From NCBI RefSeq assembly GCF_001194135.2, contig NC_069001.1:12472774-12536773 (forward strand): a DNA stretch of 64,000 nucleotides. Reading direction: 5' to 3'. The notes beneath the pieces are model-generated. The model saw only the letters and a program-made list of their open reading frames with translations, did no database searches and was not told the DNA's origin. This document shows, in pieces, positions 14,453 to 26,375 of the stretch. Made by a program: the position numbers and the translations under genes. This stretch comes from Octopus bimaculoides. Lineage: Eukaryota. How positions within the stretch are numbered: position 1 is the first letter of the stretch; each line of letters begins with the position of its first letter.

Positions 14453-14660
14453 AGGCGGCGAGGTGGGAGAATCGTTAGGACGTCGGACAAGATGCTTTGC
14501 GGCATACTGTCCGCATTGACATTCTTAGTTCAAATTCCGCCGAGGTCGAAATTGCCTTTCATCTTTTTGGGATAAAAGAAATACCAGCTGAATACTGTGG
14601 TCGATATATTCGACTAGTCTCTTACCCCAAATTTCATGCCCTGTGCCTTCAGTAGAAAGA
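14453..14660 (+). mobile_element. tRNA-derived SINE, family A, flanked by (ATT)n tracts
   Basis: aaggcggcgaggtgggagaatcgttagga...gttcaaattccgccgaggtcga...ccccaaatttcatgccctgtgcct. Confidence 0.8.
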
Positions 14661-14664
14661 ATTG

Positions 14665-14708
<44 letters not shown>

Positions 14709-15207
14709 ATATTTATCATTGTTATAATGATCTCCATTATAAGTAGTAGTAGTAGTAGTATTTCTTTGGTTATTTTTAGATTGACGAATCCATCCGGAAT
14801 ATAAAATATATTATACACGGAATATAAAATATTATAATACTATACACGGCTATGATTTGTTTTCTGTTTATGTGTATGTGTATGTGTGTGTGTGTTTGTT
14901 TGTCTGTGGGGGGAGGGGTGCGTGTGTGTGCACGCGCGTGTGTGCCTGATTTGTTTCTGTATTGATTTTTCAGCGGGGTTTCATATTGGATCCTTGAATT
15001 TGCAAATCTTCAGTCAAAGACAATTTCAAAATGGCTGCCTTGGCTACATTAGTATATTTATATACACATTGCGAAGTATGTTATTACGTAAGAAGATAAA
15101 AATTTATTTATGATTAAGTATCCAAGTTTCTGTTGCAAATCTACGACTACTGCCCGAGCTACGTTTACAATAAATATTCGTACGTTTAAAATCCAAACAT
15201 TCAAAGG

Positions 15208-15443
15208 AATACTTGCTTGCGCTTCATATATCTAATCGAATATCGATTATATATTAATATATATCTATAATCATGAGGTCAATAGGAACAAAAGATAGAT
15301 CACTTTCTTTTTCGGAATGGTTTTAAAATACTTGCTTTAGTTTCGTATATCTGATCGAATAATCGATTATATATATATATATATGATTATGAGGGCAGCA
15401 GGAACAAAGGATAAGATCCCTTTATTTTGCGGATTCGTTTTAA
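15208..15443. repeat. Tandem duplication of a ~118-bp unit (15208-15326 / 15327-15443)
   Basis: Both units start aatacttgct and share atatct.atcgaat.atcgattatatat, atgagg, aggaacaaa.gata.gatc.cttt and ...gttttaa. Confidence 0.85.
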
Positions 15444-15628
15444 TCTAAGGTGAGTGAACTTTGTCACTAACGCTAGACAGGTCCTGACATAAGACATTCT
15501 TTGTCATTGCTTCGATACAGAACTGACTTCAATAGCAAAGTTTGACACACGAATAATGTGACTGAAGTATATTCATTTCCCAGCAGCGGTTTTGCAATAT
15601 CATTAATATTACTGAGACGCACATACAG

Positions 15629-15715
<87 letters not shown>

Positions 15716-15717
<2 letters not shown>

Positions 15718-15885
15718 AGTAAGCACATAAATGTGCAACAAGGTGGAAAAAAAGAGTACTCAAATACCAGTGGTAGAGTAATATGCTTTATTTAAAATCA
15801 TCACAAATATAACCAAAAGTTGCTACTCCGAGTTTCACGTTCCCGTTCATCGCACAGTTTTGTTAGAAATTTCTCCACCTGATAT
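15716..15885 (-). mobile_element. Short element with hammerhead-like motif, inserted next to (CT)n
   Basis: Minus strand of 15819-15857 reads ctgt-GCGATGA-acg-ggaa-cgt-GAAAC-tcgga-GTA-gcaac: 3-bp helix II, short helix III, two substitutions in the CUGA core. Confidence 0.4.
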
Positions 15886-15889
15886 TCTT

Positions 15890-16153
15890 TCTTTTCTTTT
15901 ACTTGTTTCAGTCATTTGACTGCGGTCATGCTGGAGCACCGCCTTTAGTCGAATCAAATCGACCCCAGGACTTATTCATTGTAAGCCTAGTACTTATTCT
16001 ATCGGTCTCCTTTTGCCGAACCGCTAAGTTACGGGGACCTAAACNNNNNNNNNNTAGAAGACACTTGCCAAAGGTGCCACGCAGTGGGACTGAACCCGGA
16101 ACTATGTGGTTGGTAAGCAAGCTACTTACCACACAGCCACTCCTGCGCCTATA
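15890..16153 (-). mobile_element. tRNA-derived SINE, family B (CORE-like), with internal assembly gap
   Basis: Reverse complement gives head gtggctgtgtggtaagtagcttgcttaccaaccacatagttccgggttcagtcccactgcgtggcacctttggcaagtgtcttcta and tail ggcggtgctccagcatgaccgcagtcaaatgactgaaac. Confidence 0.85.
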
Positions 16154-16972
16154 TATATTATTTCAAATCTTTTATTTGTTGCGGCCATTGGGTTGATCCC
16201 AAACTGCGGTACCATCTTGACTGTTCAGTTTTATCGAATCAACTCAACTCTAGTACTTGTTCCTTCCTTTTTTTTTTTTTCTTCTCAAGGTTCATAGATA
16301 GAAAGATAGCGAAAGAGAAAGATGAAAAGAAAGAGGCACAATTATAATCTAGACATATACCTTTGCGTGTCTGTGTGTGTGTAAATGTGCTTGTATGTCT
16401 GTGTGCGTATACCCACGTTATACACACCTTATAATATATATGCTTATCCGTCTTTTCTATCGATGATTATTTGCAAGTGAACACACATATATATCTATGT
16501 GTGAATGCGATCTATGTCAATGTATGGTGGCGTTAAGTTTACAGCAATGTGCGATAGTATGCTCGTCTGTGTGCGTGCATTGTGTTGTTTATAACTGTAT
16601 TTACTTCGACTACTACAAAAGTGCTCACAGTTTTCCAATATTTAATCAATCTTATACGGACTTTGCTACATGGACAATACTTCGTTTGGCGACTTCATCG
16701 CCACAACTCTACACATTCACAAATCAAATTAGCCAAATTTTTTCGGTTTTATCTTAACTTATACTTTATGTATTTGTTTCATTTATCATTAGTTTTATTT
16801 TATCTTATATTTGTATTATTCGGTTTTCAGTCGGATGCTTCCCATAGGAAATCAGAGAACGGCACCAATTTTTTGATTATCAGCTGATCAACGGAACAAA
16901 CGGCGGTTCTGTTTTCAACTCACACACACATACACACACATATGTATATATAATCTTATATATGTGCATATG

Positions 16973-17004
<32 letters not shown>

Positions 17005-17173
17005 ATGTGTGTGTATGTATGATTGTGCGCCTGTATGCATATATATATATACATATATATATTACACATATATACATATATATACATCATATATATTATA
17101 TATACATATACAGACACATACACATACAGATATATGTTCGTGTGTGTACATATACATATATACATATATATAT

Positions 17174-17268
<95 letters not shown>

Positions 17269-17270
17269 CA

Positions 17271-18231
17271 NNNNNNNNNNNNNNNNNNNNNNNNNNNNNN
17301 NNNNNNNNNNNNNNNNNNNNNNNNNNNNNNNNNNNNNNNNNNNNNNNNNNNNNNNNNNNNNNNNNNNNNNNNNNNNNNNNNNNNNNNNNNNNNNNNNNNN
17401 NNNNNNNNNNNNNNNNNNNNNNNNNNNNNNNNNNNNNNNNNNNNNNNNNNNNNNNNNNNNNNNNNNNNNNNNNNNNNNNNNNNNNNNNNNNNNNNNNNNN
17501 NNNNNNNNNNNNNNNNNNNNNNNNNNNNNNNNNNNNNNNNNNNNNNNNNNNNNNNNNNNNNNNNNNNNNNNNNNNNNNNNNNNNNNNNNNNNNNNNNNNN
17601 NNNNNNNNNNNNNNNNNNNNNNNNNNNNNNNNNNNNNNNNNNNNNNNNNNNNNNNNNNNNNNNNNNNNNNNNNNNNNNNNNNNNNNNNNNNNNNNNNNNN
17701 NNNNNNNNNNNNNNNNNNNNNNNNNNNNNNNNNNNNNNNNNNNNNNNNNNNNNNNNNNNNNNNNNNNNNNNNNNNNNNNNNNNNNNNNNNNNNNNNNNNN
17801 NNNNNNNNNNNNNNNNNNNNNNNNNNNNNNNNNNNNNNNNNNNNNNNNNNNNNNNNNNNNNNNNNNNNNNNNNNNNNNNNNNNNNNNNNNNNNNNNNNNN
17901 NNNNNNNNNNNNNNNNNNNNNNNNNNNNNNNNNNNNNNNNNNNNNNNNNNNNNNNNNNNNNNNNNNNNNNNNNNNNNNNNNNNNNNNNNNNNNNNNNNNN
18001 NNNNNNNNNNNNNNNNNNNNNNNNNNNNNNNNNNNNNNNNNNNNNNNNNNNNNNNNNNNNNNNNNNNNNNNNNNNNNNNNNNNNNNNNNNNNNNNNNNNN
18101 NNNNNNNNNNNNNNNNNNNNNNNNNNNNNNNNNNNNNNNNNNNNNNNNNNNNNNNNNNNNNNNNNNNNNNNNNNNNNNNNNNNNNNNNNNNNNNNNNNNN
18201 NNNNNNNNNNNNNNNNNNNNNNNNNNNNNNN
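17271..18231. other. Assembly gap (one of 15: also 8013-8069, 8560-8569, 12522-12573, 16045-16054, 20751-21190, 22633-22981, 29437-30404, 32406-32415, 33482-33881, 43717-43726, 47281-48228, 49252-49643, 50773-51664, 59801-60123)
   Basis: N runs, most bordered by microsatellite on at least one side. Confidence 0.99.
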
Positions 18232-18277
<46 letters not shown>

Positions 18278-18504
18278 ATATAAGCAAAATGTTGTAGATT
18301 AATCTACATCAATGAAAGAGTATACTCCATACAGCTATCGAGCATCAATTTTATTCTAGTAGAATGCACTACGAAAAGCATCTTCATCATGGGCCAAAAA
18401 TCCTCTAACTGTGGTACTTTGATTTACAAACAGAATTGTTTTATTTCTTTTTCCTCTGTGTTATATCGGTTTATACATTAATTTGCTAATGTTTGAAAAT
18501 TAAA

Positions 18505-18693
18505 TCGGCGTCCTAGTAGAATCCTTACCGCGACCTGCAAAATACTTAGCGGCATTTCTTCCGACTGTTCGCTCTGTGTTCAAATGCCACCGATGCCGAC
18601 TCTGCTTTTCGTTCTTCCGTGTTCGATAAAATAAACACCTGTTGAGTACTGGAGTCAGTGTAATTGACTTGTCCATTTCTCCCGATGCTGCTT
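18505..18693 (+). mobile_element. tRNA-derived SINE, family A (decayed)
   Basis: ggcgtcctagtagaatccttaccg...gtgttcaaatgccaccgatgccgac...gttgagtactggagtc. Confidence 0.65.
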
Positions 18694-18730
18694 TCATTGT
18701 TCCAAAATTTGCAATGAATATTTAAATATG

Positions 18731-18892
18731 AAGGCGGCGAACTGGTAGAATCGTTAGCACGCCGCGCAAAATATTTAGCGGAGTTACCTCCGACTGTACG
18801 TTATGAGTTCAAATGCCGCTGGGTTCGACTTTACCTTTCATTCCTCCGAGACCGATAAGATAAATAAGTACCAGTTGAGTACTGGGGTCGAT
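18731..18892 (+). mobile_element. tRNA-derived SINE, family A (head-to-tail with previous copy)
   Basis: aaggcggcgaactggtagaatcgttagcacgccg...gagttcaaatgccgc...taagtaccagttgagtactggggtcg. Confidence 0.8.
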
Positions 18893-19949
18893 AGATAGAT
18901 AGATAGATAGAGTAGATTTTTGAATTCATTGCCGAGCGTGGTGTGCAGTAAAATCCCACTGAATGATTTCCTGAACGATTTTCAAGACAAACATATACGA
19001 ACAGCACATTCATGCCACAATGTAGTTCCTCATACATACTATGACTTTGTATGTGTAAATTGCGTTAAAAGGTGGTAGGATTTGACTAGCCACGTCGAGG
19101 CTGAGACAAGGGTTAACAACATTAACGGAACATACAATAATAGAAGCAATTTGAACTGTAGAAAATACTTTTAAAATATCTAACACCAGACTAAAAGGGC
19201 ACGGCATTTCAAGAAGACTCAAAGAAGCCTGACGTCAACAATAAACAAACATTAAATGTAACCAAACATAGAATAAAAATCAGACAGACATATGAATTCC
19301 TCTACGTCTTTGCCTACAATAAAAGCGGCCATAACAATCGCCATTGTTATTGTATCCTCCACGAGATAAAATATAATGAAAAAAAAGGTTTGGAATCATC
19401 AATGGTAAATCGTAAGCTTATTGTACGAATCAAAATATAAAAAGTTAATTAGAAGCAGACGAAAATGTATGGAATGGGAAAATAATGAAATAAAAATTCA
19501 AGCTGGTCCCATATTTCCCAATAATGTAACGATTAGGAGAAAATCTGTTCCTGATCAAGAGGGTAGTATATGTCTGTGTGTGTATGGGCATGTGCATGTA
19601 TACTTATATATATATATATATATATAAATAAATGTATGTATATCCATATATGATTAAAATGTAGATACTTAACATATAATACATATTTATTCATATGTGC
19701 ATATACATATTTGTCTACATGCATATATATATGTGTGTATATATAACGTGTTTATGCATGTGTATATACAAATATACATACATATTTAAATACATATACA
19801 CACACATATATATAATATATATATATATACATATATATGTGCTATAAATGCTAAAAATGGTTTATACCTTATGCTGGAAATGGAAAACTATATGATCATA
19901 TGCGTCTGAAGAAAGTGCTTTCTTTCAAACTGATATGTTTTCACTGTAA

Positions 19950-20022
19950 TGATTAAATGGGGCCGCTTGAAACGGCCGTAACTCATTGATACCTGGACGT
20001 CCTTGCTACTTATTTGCATTTG
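19950..20022. repeat. Dispersed repeat fragment; second copy at ~23806-23876
   Basis: aaatggggccgcttgaaacggccgtaactcattgatacctg...tacttatttgcatt matches aaatggagtcgcttgaaacggccgaatgtattgacacctg...tacttatttacatt. Confidence 0.7.
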
Positions 20023-20053
20023 ATATATACATATATATATATAAATATATATA

Positions 20054-20239
20054 CAATTGGGGTGGGCTCCAAAGTTACTGGCTTTTAGGGTAACGCAAAA
20101 GGCAGGATGGAAGCCCAGCCCTTTCAAAGTGCTGAGTTAAGTGAAGGAGCACTGTAATAAGTATGTGAATTTAGGAGAGGTGGCTTCCATCTTGCCTTTC
20201 GCGATACCCTAAAAGCCAGTAACTTTGGAGACCCACTCC

Positions 20240-20244
<5 letters not shown>
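20054..20244. mobile_element. MITE with ~62-bp terminal inverted repeats inserted in (TA)n (Tc1/mariner-type TA target)
   Basis: Left arm caattggggtgggctccaaagttactggcttttagggtaacgcaaaaggcaggatggaagcc (20054-20115) is the near-perfect reverse complement of 20182-20244; TA flanks on both sides. Confidence 0.8.
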
Positions 20245-20271
<27 letters not shown>

Positions 20272-21190
20272 TTTAGAGTGGAATATTGAATAAAGTCATA
20301 ATTAACTGATCCTCCTATATAATCTTTTCCCAAATCAGGGAACTTTTCAGCACCTGGTGTATATGTCTTCTGTGTCGATGAATTTATATTTGCGCGTCTG
20401 TGTTTGTGTGCTTCTGTGTGTGTGTGTGAGCGTTTATGTTTGTATGTATGTATATATGTATGAAAATATACACACACATCTATACAATGCCTTTTACACC
20501 ACAAAATCACTACGGAAGTGCTCAAATTGACGGCCGTACAATGCTGCCTTCGTTTCTAGTAGAATAATTCTTTTGATACCAAAGATGAAAGTCCGATTGT
20601 CGTTTAATTCTCAGCAAACTTCAGGTACACATCCAATCGCTACTGTTTTTGATCGAGTGTCAAGACATTTAACACAAACTTGGCATCAACTTGACGTTCT
20701 TTTAGGTTTGCCGGAAATACAAATACATAGATGTGTGTGTGTGTGTGTGTNNNNNNNNNNNNNNNNNNNNNNNNNNNNNNNNNNNNNNNNNNNNNNNNNN
20801 NNNNNNNNNNNNNNNNNNNNNNNNNNNNNNNNNNNNNNNNNNNNNNNNNNNNNNNNNNNNNNNNNNNNNNNNNNNNNNNNNNNNNNNNNNNNNNNNNNNN
20901 NNNNNNNNNNNNNNNNNNNNNNNNNNNNNNNNNNNNNNNNNNNNNNNNNNNNNNNNNNNNNNNNNNNNNNNNNNNNNNNNNNNNNNNNNNNNNNNNNNNN
21001 NNNNNNNNNNNNNNNNNNNNNNNNNNNNNNNNNNNNNNNNNNNNNNNNNNNNNNNNNNNNNNNNNNNNNNNNNNNNNNNNNNNNNNNNNNNNNNNNNNNN
21101 NNNNNNNNNNNNNNNNNNNNNNNNNNNNNNNNNNNNNNNNNNNNNNNNNNNNNNNNNNNNNNNNNNNNNNNNNNNNNNNNNNNNNNNNNN

Positions 21191-21244
<54 letters not shown>

Positions 21245-22589
21245 ATGCATGAGTGAGCGTGTGTTTTCATTTATATATATATATATATCTAAGTATATAT
21301 GTATGTACATATATACAGCTATATATACATATATATATACATACACACAGCTATATATACATATATATATATACATACACACACACACGTATATATATAT
21401 ATACAAGGACCAAACATTCAGGATGGTATATTTATATAGATATTAATATTGTTATTATCGAAGCCAATATAAATAGTTGATAATAACACCAACATTTATA
21501 TATATTGTTTTCAGTCTTATTTTGGTGGTTTAAACGAGGGGTTTTAACTCTCATTTCTAGCAGGTAGACGTATGCGCACGTCTTTATAATGTTGATGTAT
21601 ATACTGACATATACACATACATGTATATCATTGACGCACACACACTTATGTATTCATGTAATTTCAAGTTAATTTTCGTTGAACCCGGCTGGGTTGCAAT
21701 AGGAAGCTTCATGTTTTATTTACTATCCTTTAGGTATTAAAGTCATGTACATTTTAATGTATGCATGCAGGTAAGTACGTATGTATGTATATATAATCAT
21801 ATATGTATGTACGTACGTATTTATGTATATATATGTATGCATTTATGTATGTATGAATGTATAGCCACTGCAAATACGACAAGAACAAAGGTAGACAGCT
21901 TTTTTCAACCAAAAGCTGAATAATTCCATGAAATTGAGAAACAGAGGCCACAACCTAAACTGAACAACGAGCTTTCTGAATTACCTCGACTCTAAGATGG
22001 AATGTGTACAGTACTGCAGGGAAATTGTTGAAGTGATCACAATAAATCGTTCGAACACCACTCTGGAGAGTCATAGTCAACGTAATAGGAGACGAAAGAA
22101 TTCAGCACGCTGTGTGGTAGAGAGTGTCTTGCAGAACGTTAAAGGCGCGAAATTGTAAGGCTTACTTGGACGTTGATGCGGAACTAGGTACGAATTTTCT
22201 GACACAAAGACGCACAAACACACACATGTATGTATGTATGTATGTATGTATGTATGTTCCCTTTCAAATCCAAAGCAATTGGCACCGTGCTATTTTAATA
22301 ATTTGCACTCTGCTTTATTACGTAAATTTCTCGAAACACAAACTGGATGACCTTAGCAGCGTTCAGCATTCTCTAAACAATTGATTTTCTTTTTTCTTCA
22401 TCGTTTACTTCTCCTTCCAGTCTATCATTCTCTCTCATCTCACTTTGGCAATCTATCTAATTTACGTACCTATCTATAAATAAGTGATGTACATATGCGT
22501 TTTTTTAATACATGTTTATCTTTAACACATACACATGTATGTATACACTTACTCACAGACATACACTCATATATATGTATACAGAGATT

Positions 22590-22632
<43 letters not shown>

Positions 22633-23030
22633 NNNNNNNNNNNNNNNNNNNNNNNNNNNNNNNNNNNNNNNNNNNNNNNNNNNNNNNNNNNNNNNNNNNN
22701 NNNNNNNNNNNNNNNNNNNNNNNNNNNNNNNNNNNNNNNNNNNNNNNNNNNNNNNNNNNNNNNNNNNNNNNNNNNNNNNNNNNNNNNNNNNNNNNNNNNN
22801 NNNNNNNNNNNNNNNNNNNNNNNNNNNNNNNNNNNNNNNNNNNNNNNNNNNNNNNNNNNNNNNNNNNNNNNNNNNNNNNNNNNNNNNNNNNNNNNNNNNN
22901 NNNNNNNNNNNNNNNNNNNNNNNNNNNNNNNNNNNNNNNNNNNNNNNNNNNNNNNNNNNNNNNNNNNNNNNNNNNNNNNNNGTGTGTGTGTGTGTGCAAA
23001 TATATATTCGCTGTGGTCGAATACTGTTCT

Positions 23031-23199
23031 AGGCGTAGAAGTGGCTGTGTAGTAAGTAGCTTCCCTATAAGGCTAATTTATGAAATAAAGTAGCTTGCCT
23101 ACCAACCACATGGTTCTGGGTTCAGTTCCACTGCGTGGCACGTTGGGCATGCGTCTTCTACTATAGCCTCGGGACGACCAAAGCCTTGCGAGTGGAAAC
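23031..23199 (+). mobile_element. SINE family B, 5' half, with a 25-bp insertion in the head
   Basis: gtggctgtgtagtaagtagc...accaaccacatggttctgggttcagttccactgcgtggcacgttgggcatgcgtcttctactatagcctcggg. Confidence 0.85.
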
Positions 23200-23329
23200 T
23201 CGCATTCCTAGCGCTACCACCCCAACTAACCATCACAAACATAGACCTCTTTCTGAAGCAAATTCGAAGCAACTGTATTTCACAAATAAAGCTTAACCTA
23301 ATGAACCTATTATTTTCTTGTTTTTTACA

Positions 23330-23429
23330 TGAAACGCCCCTCTAGTATCACCCCACTTTCCTTCAACGTCCCCTTGGTACTTTCCACCGCCCCCAGGGGC
23401 TGCAATACCGCCCACTTTGTGAACCAATG
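23330..23429 (-). mobile_element. hAT (Charlie-like) DNA transposon terminus
   Basis: Reverse complement reads cattggttcacaaagtgggcggtattgcagcccctgggggcggtgg, resembling Charlie-type ends (CAGTGGTTCCCAAA...). Adjacent gtctagga fits the NTCTAGAN target preference. Confidence 0.5.
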
Positions 23430-23914
23430 GTCTAGGAGATTGTCTGACATTAATTGATTTATTACATTCAACTAAAATACAATTAAACAAATCCCAATGG
23501 ATTTTATTCTAAATGGTTGCAGACTACATGCTACACAAAATCTAACTATAAATAACTACGTCACTGTTTCTTTATTTTAACCACACTATATTCCTCTGCT
23601 ACTCTGTATTTTATAGTAGGCTTAATAAGATATGTATTATTTTCTAAACTCATTCTGCCACGGATATAACATAACAAATTAATTATTTTGGTTTCTATTA
23701 CTGATGTAACTTTTTTTTTTAATGTTTTATCTTGTATGCTTGAAATTTATATAGTCATCTAAACAGGTCGGTTTCTTTTAAATCGATGTAATGTTTTCAC
23801 TAACCAATCAAATGGAGTCGCTTGAAACGGCCGAATGTATTGACACCTGTACATGTTTGTTACTTATTTACATTGTGTGTGTGTATGTGTACTTGCGTGT
23901 GTGAGTGTGTGTAT

Positions 23915-24105
23915 TTGTGTGTTCCCCCACCATCGCCTGACAGCCGATCTTGGTGTATTCAAGTCCCCGTAACATAGCGATTCGGCAAAAGACACCGATA
24001 GATAGTGGGCTTACAAAGAATAAGTTCTGGGGTTGAATTCAAATCAAGGCAGTGTTCCAGCATGGTCGCAGTCAAACGACTGAAACGAGTGAAATAATAA
24101 ATAAA
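23915..24105 (+). mobile_element. SINE family B, 3' half
   Basis: catcgcctgacagccgatcttggtg...ccccgtaacatagcgattcggcaaaag...cagcatggtcgcagtcaaacgactgaaac. Confidence 0.8.
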
Positions 24106-25389
24106 TAAAAGAATAAAGAATAAATGTGTATGTATATATACATATATATATACACACACACACACACATACACACATATATATATATGCACAAACATACA
24201 CACATACACAAACATGCATGAAGTGTGTGAGTATGTTTCCATTTATGAGTATGTGTTTATGTATCACGTGCCTGCGCGCGTGTGTGTGTCTATGATTGTA
24301 TATATGTGTGAATACAGGTATATGCTAACGTATTATATATACAAAATACTGTAAAAGATAATTGTTAATACACACATCGTACAATAAGATCGATTTTCAA
24401 TCACATGGATGTGGCTATGAACCAACTGCACTGCAATATATTTCGTTTGGCGTCGAACAAAATCTAGTGCGTTTATAATGTGTTGCTTTTTCGGGTAGGT
24501 TAACCCTGTAGTATAACGTCGGAATGTCTGTAATTGGGAAGTCATATATTGTGTCACGCCAAAATTACTCAAGGTTTGCGTTGTAAAAGTACAAATGTTT
24601 TGTTTCCTTTTTTCTTTTTTTTTTCTTTTTTTTTTTGGAACAGCAAGCAACTTACATCATAAAAACATTGAGAAAGTGGTTCATATAATCGAACAGAACT
24701 CAATCATTCAAGGCTACAAATCGATGTCAGTTCCATTTGCTGTAATAACTTTCGATTATGTGTGCGCGCGTGTATATATATGTGTGTGTGAGCCTGTGTT
24801 GCAAGCTATCTGTCTATATTTGTGTGTGTGTGTGCCTGCGCGCGCACATGTGCGTGTGACTGAACTTGTGGAAGAGAAAAATCAAGTACGTGCCTATAGA
24901 GTTTACCTGTTTATGCCAGTATGTATGCATGGATGTATGTTATTAACTGACTGGTTTTCGCCATGATTTTCGATTCCTCTTTCAATTTTTTCTTACATTA
25001 GCATAATTTTACTGCCTCATGCATATTCATGAATGCGCACACTGTCATTCATCCTAATACAATGCACTAAGCGCAATAACTATGTATATATATATATCTT
25101 CTTATATACTTATATATATAATAGGGAGCGAGAGATACATATATATACATAGGTATATAAGAACATATATATACACAGATATACATACATCTATATATAT
25201 GTATATACATACATATATACACACATATTGATATATACTCATATATATTTACGTATATACCTACTCATATATATGTATATATACATGTGTGTGCGTGTTA
25301 TTTCCTGAGTGTTCGTCTGTTACTGGTGAATTTAGAGCATTTGATCTTTTTCCATAGAATGAAGTGATTTGCTGCAGAACTGTCTTGGA

Positions 25390-25930
25390 TCTGCATCAAA
25401 GTGCAGTGCGACCATGCTTTGGCATCACCATTTAGCAATAATACTTGTTCATTGTAGAGTCACTAACCAATCTTTTCCAAGGAATCGCTCCGTCTGATGT
25501 AGTGAGTTGTACAGAACTGACATTCTTTCTGTTCCCATTTGTAATCTGGGTTTATCTGGTGTATTGGATAAATGTTTAACTAATTGTTCTTTAAACACAT
25601 CCACATCTCGTACATCTCTGAGGGATTTTGACAATATATTAAAAAGTGACGGGCTTTGACTCCTAAACCGTTGGAGTATTGGTTGTTAATGTAAACCGGA
25701 ATGTTTGGCGCTATGCAATGGCGTCTAGTCTAGTGATTAGTATAGCCTTCAATTCTGAATTAGTGTGCCAGATCCTCCAGGATCTTCCATACAGAAATTA
25801 GTGCATACGTTTCTGAGTTTCCCTCTAGGTACTAGAACTTCGATCTTTGAGCCTCTACCAGTAATCTGCTTCACTGAGGCATCTTTGTGCAATGGCTTTC
25901 ACTTGCCCCAAGTTCTGTTGTTTATTTGGC
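25390..25930 (-). mobile_element. CR1-group LINE, 3' end (decayed ORF2 C-terminus plus 3' UTR)
   Basis: Minus-strand translation with frameshifts: DYW*RLKD..., YALISVWKILEDL, PSLFNILSKSLRDVRDVDVFKEQLVKHLSNTPDKP, NSLHQ. These are typical CR1/L2-group ORF2 terminal motifs. Confidence 0.8.
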
Positions 25931-26375
25931 GCTTGGTGGCGTACGCATTTGTGAATAGTATGTTAAGTGCTCAGTAATCTAAGTGGCTAAACACAACTTT
26001 TCTGAGAATAGCAACATGCTTTCTTCTTTTCGTGTTCTGATTGATCTCAGAAACCAACCATTCAGGCACCAGCGCACTGATGTCATTATATTACTACGAA
26101 CACGAAACAATACAGAGGGTCCTGCATGTTTCGATTGCATATGCACAGCCTGTCCATAAATTACTTTTACAATGTGAAAACATCGGAAATAGATAAAAAA
26201 TAAGAACTCAGCAGTTTACTAAAAAAAAACGCAGCCAACCAAATAAGGGTTTTATTGGAATCATCAGAAAACCTGGCTGCATTACTTGCAAAGAGAGTGA
26301 CTGATAGATCAGAAATTTAACAGATGTAATAAACTGTGACAGTTATAGAGATAATTTATGAAGATGTTTTTTATA

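Noticed and set aside
24644-24760. Long poly-T tract ending in CAG with an open frame (ASNLHHKNIEKVVHII...)
   Set aside because: The tract is a simple T-rich repeat, no donor follows before the (GT)n array, and the peptide is not recognisable.
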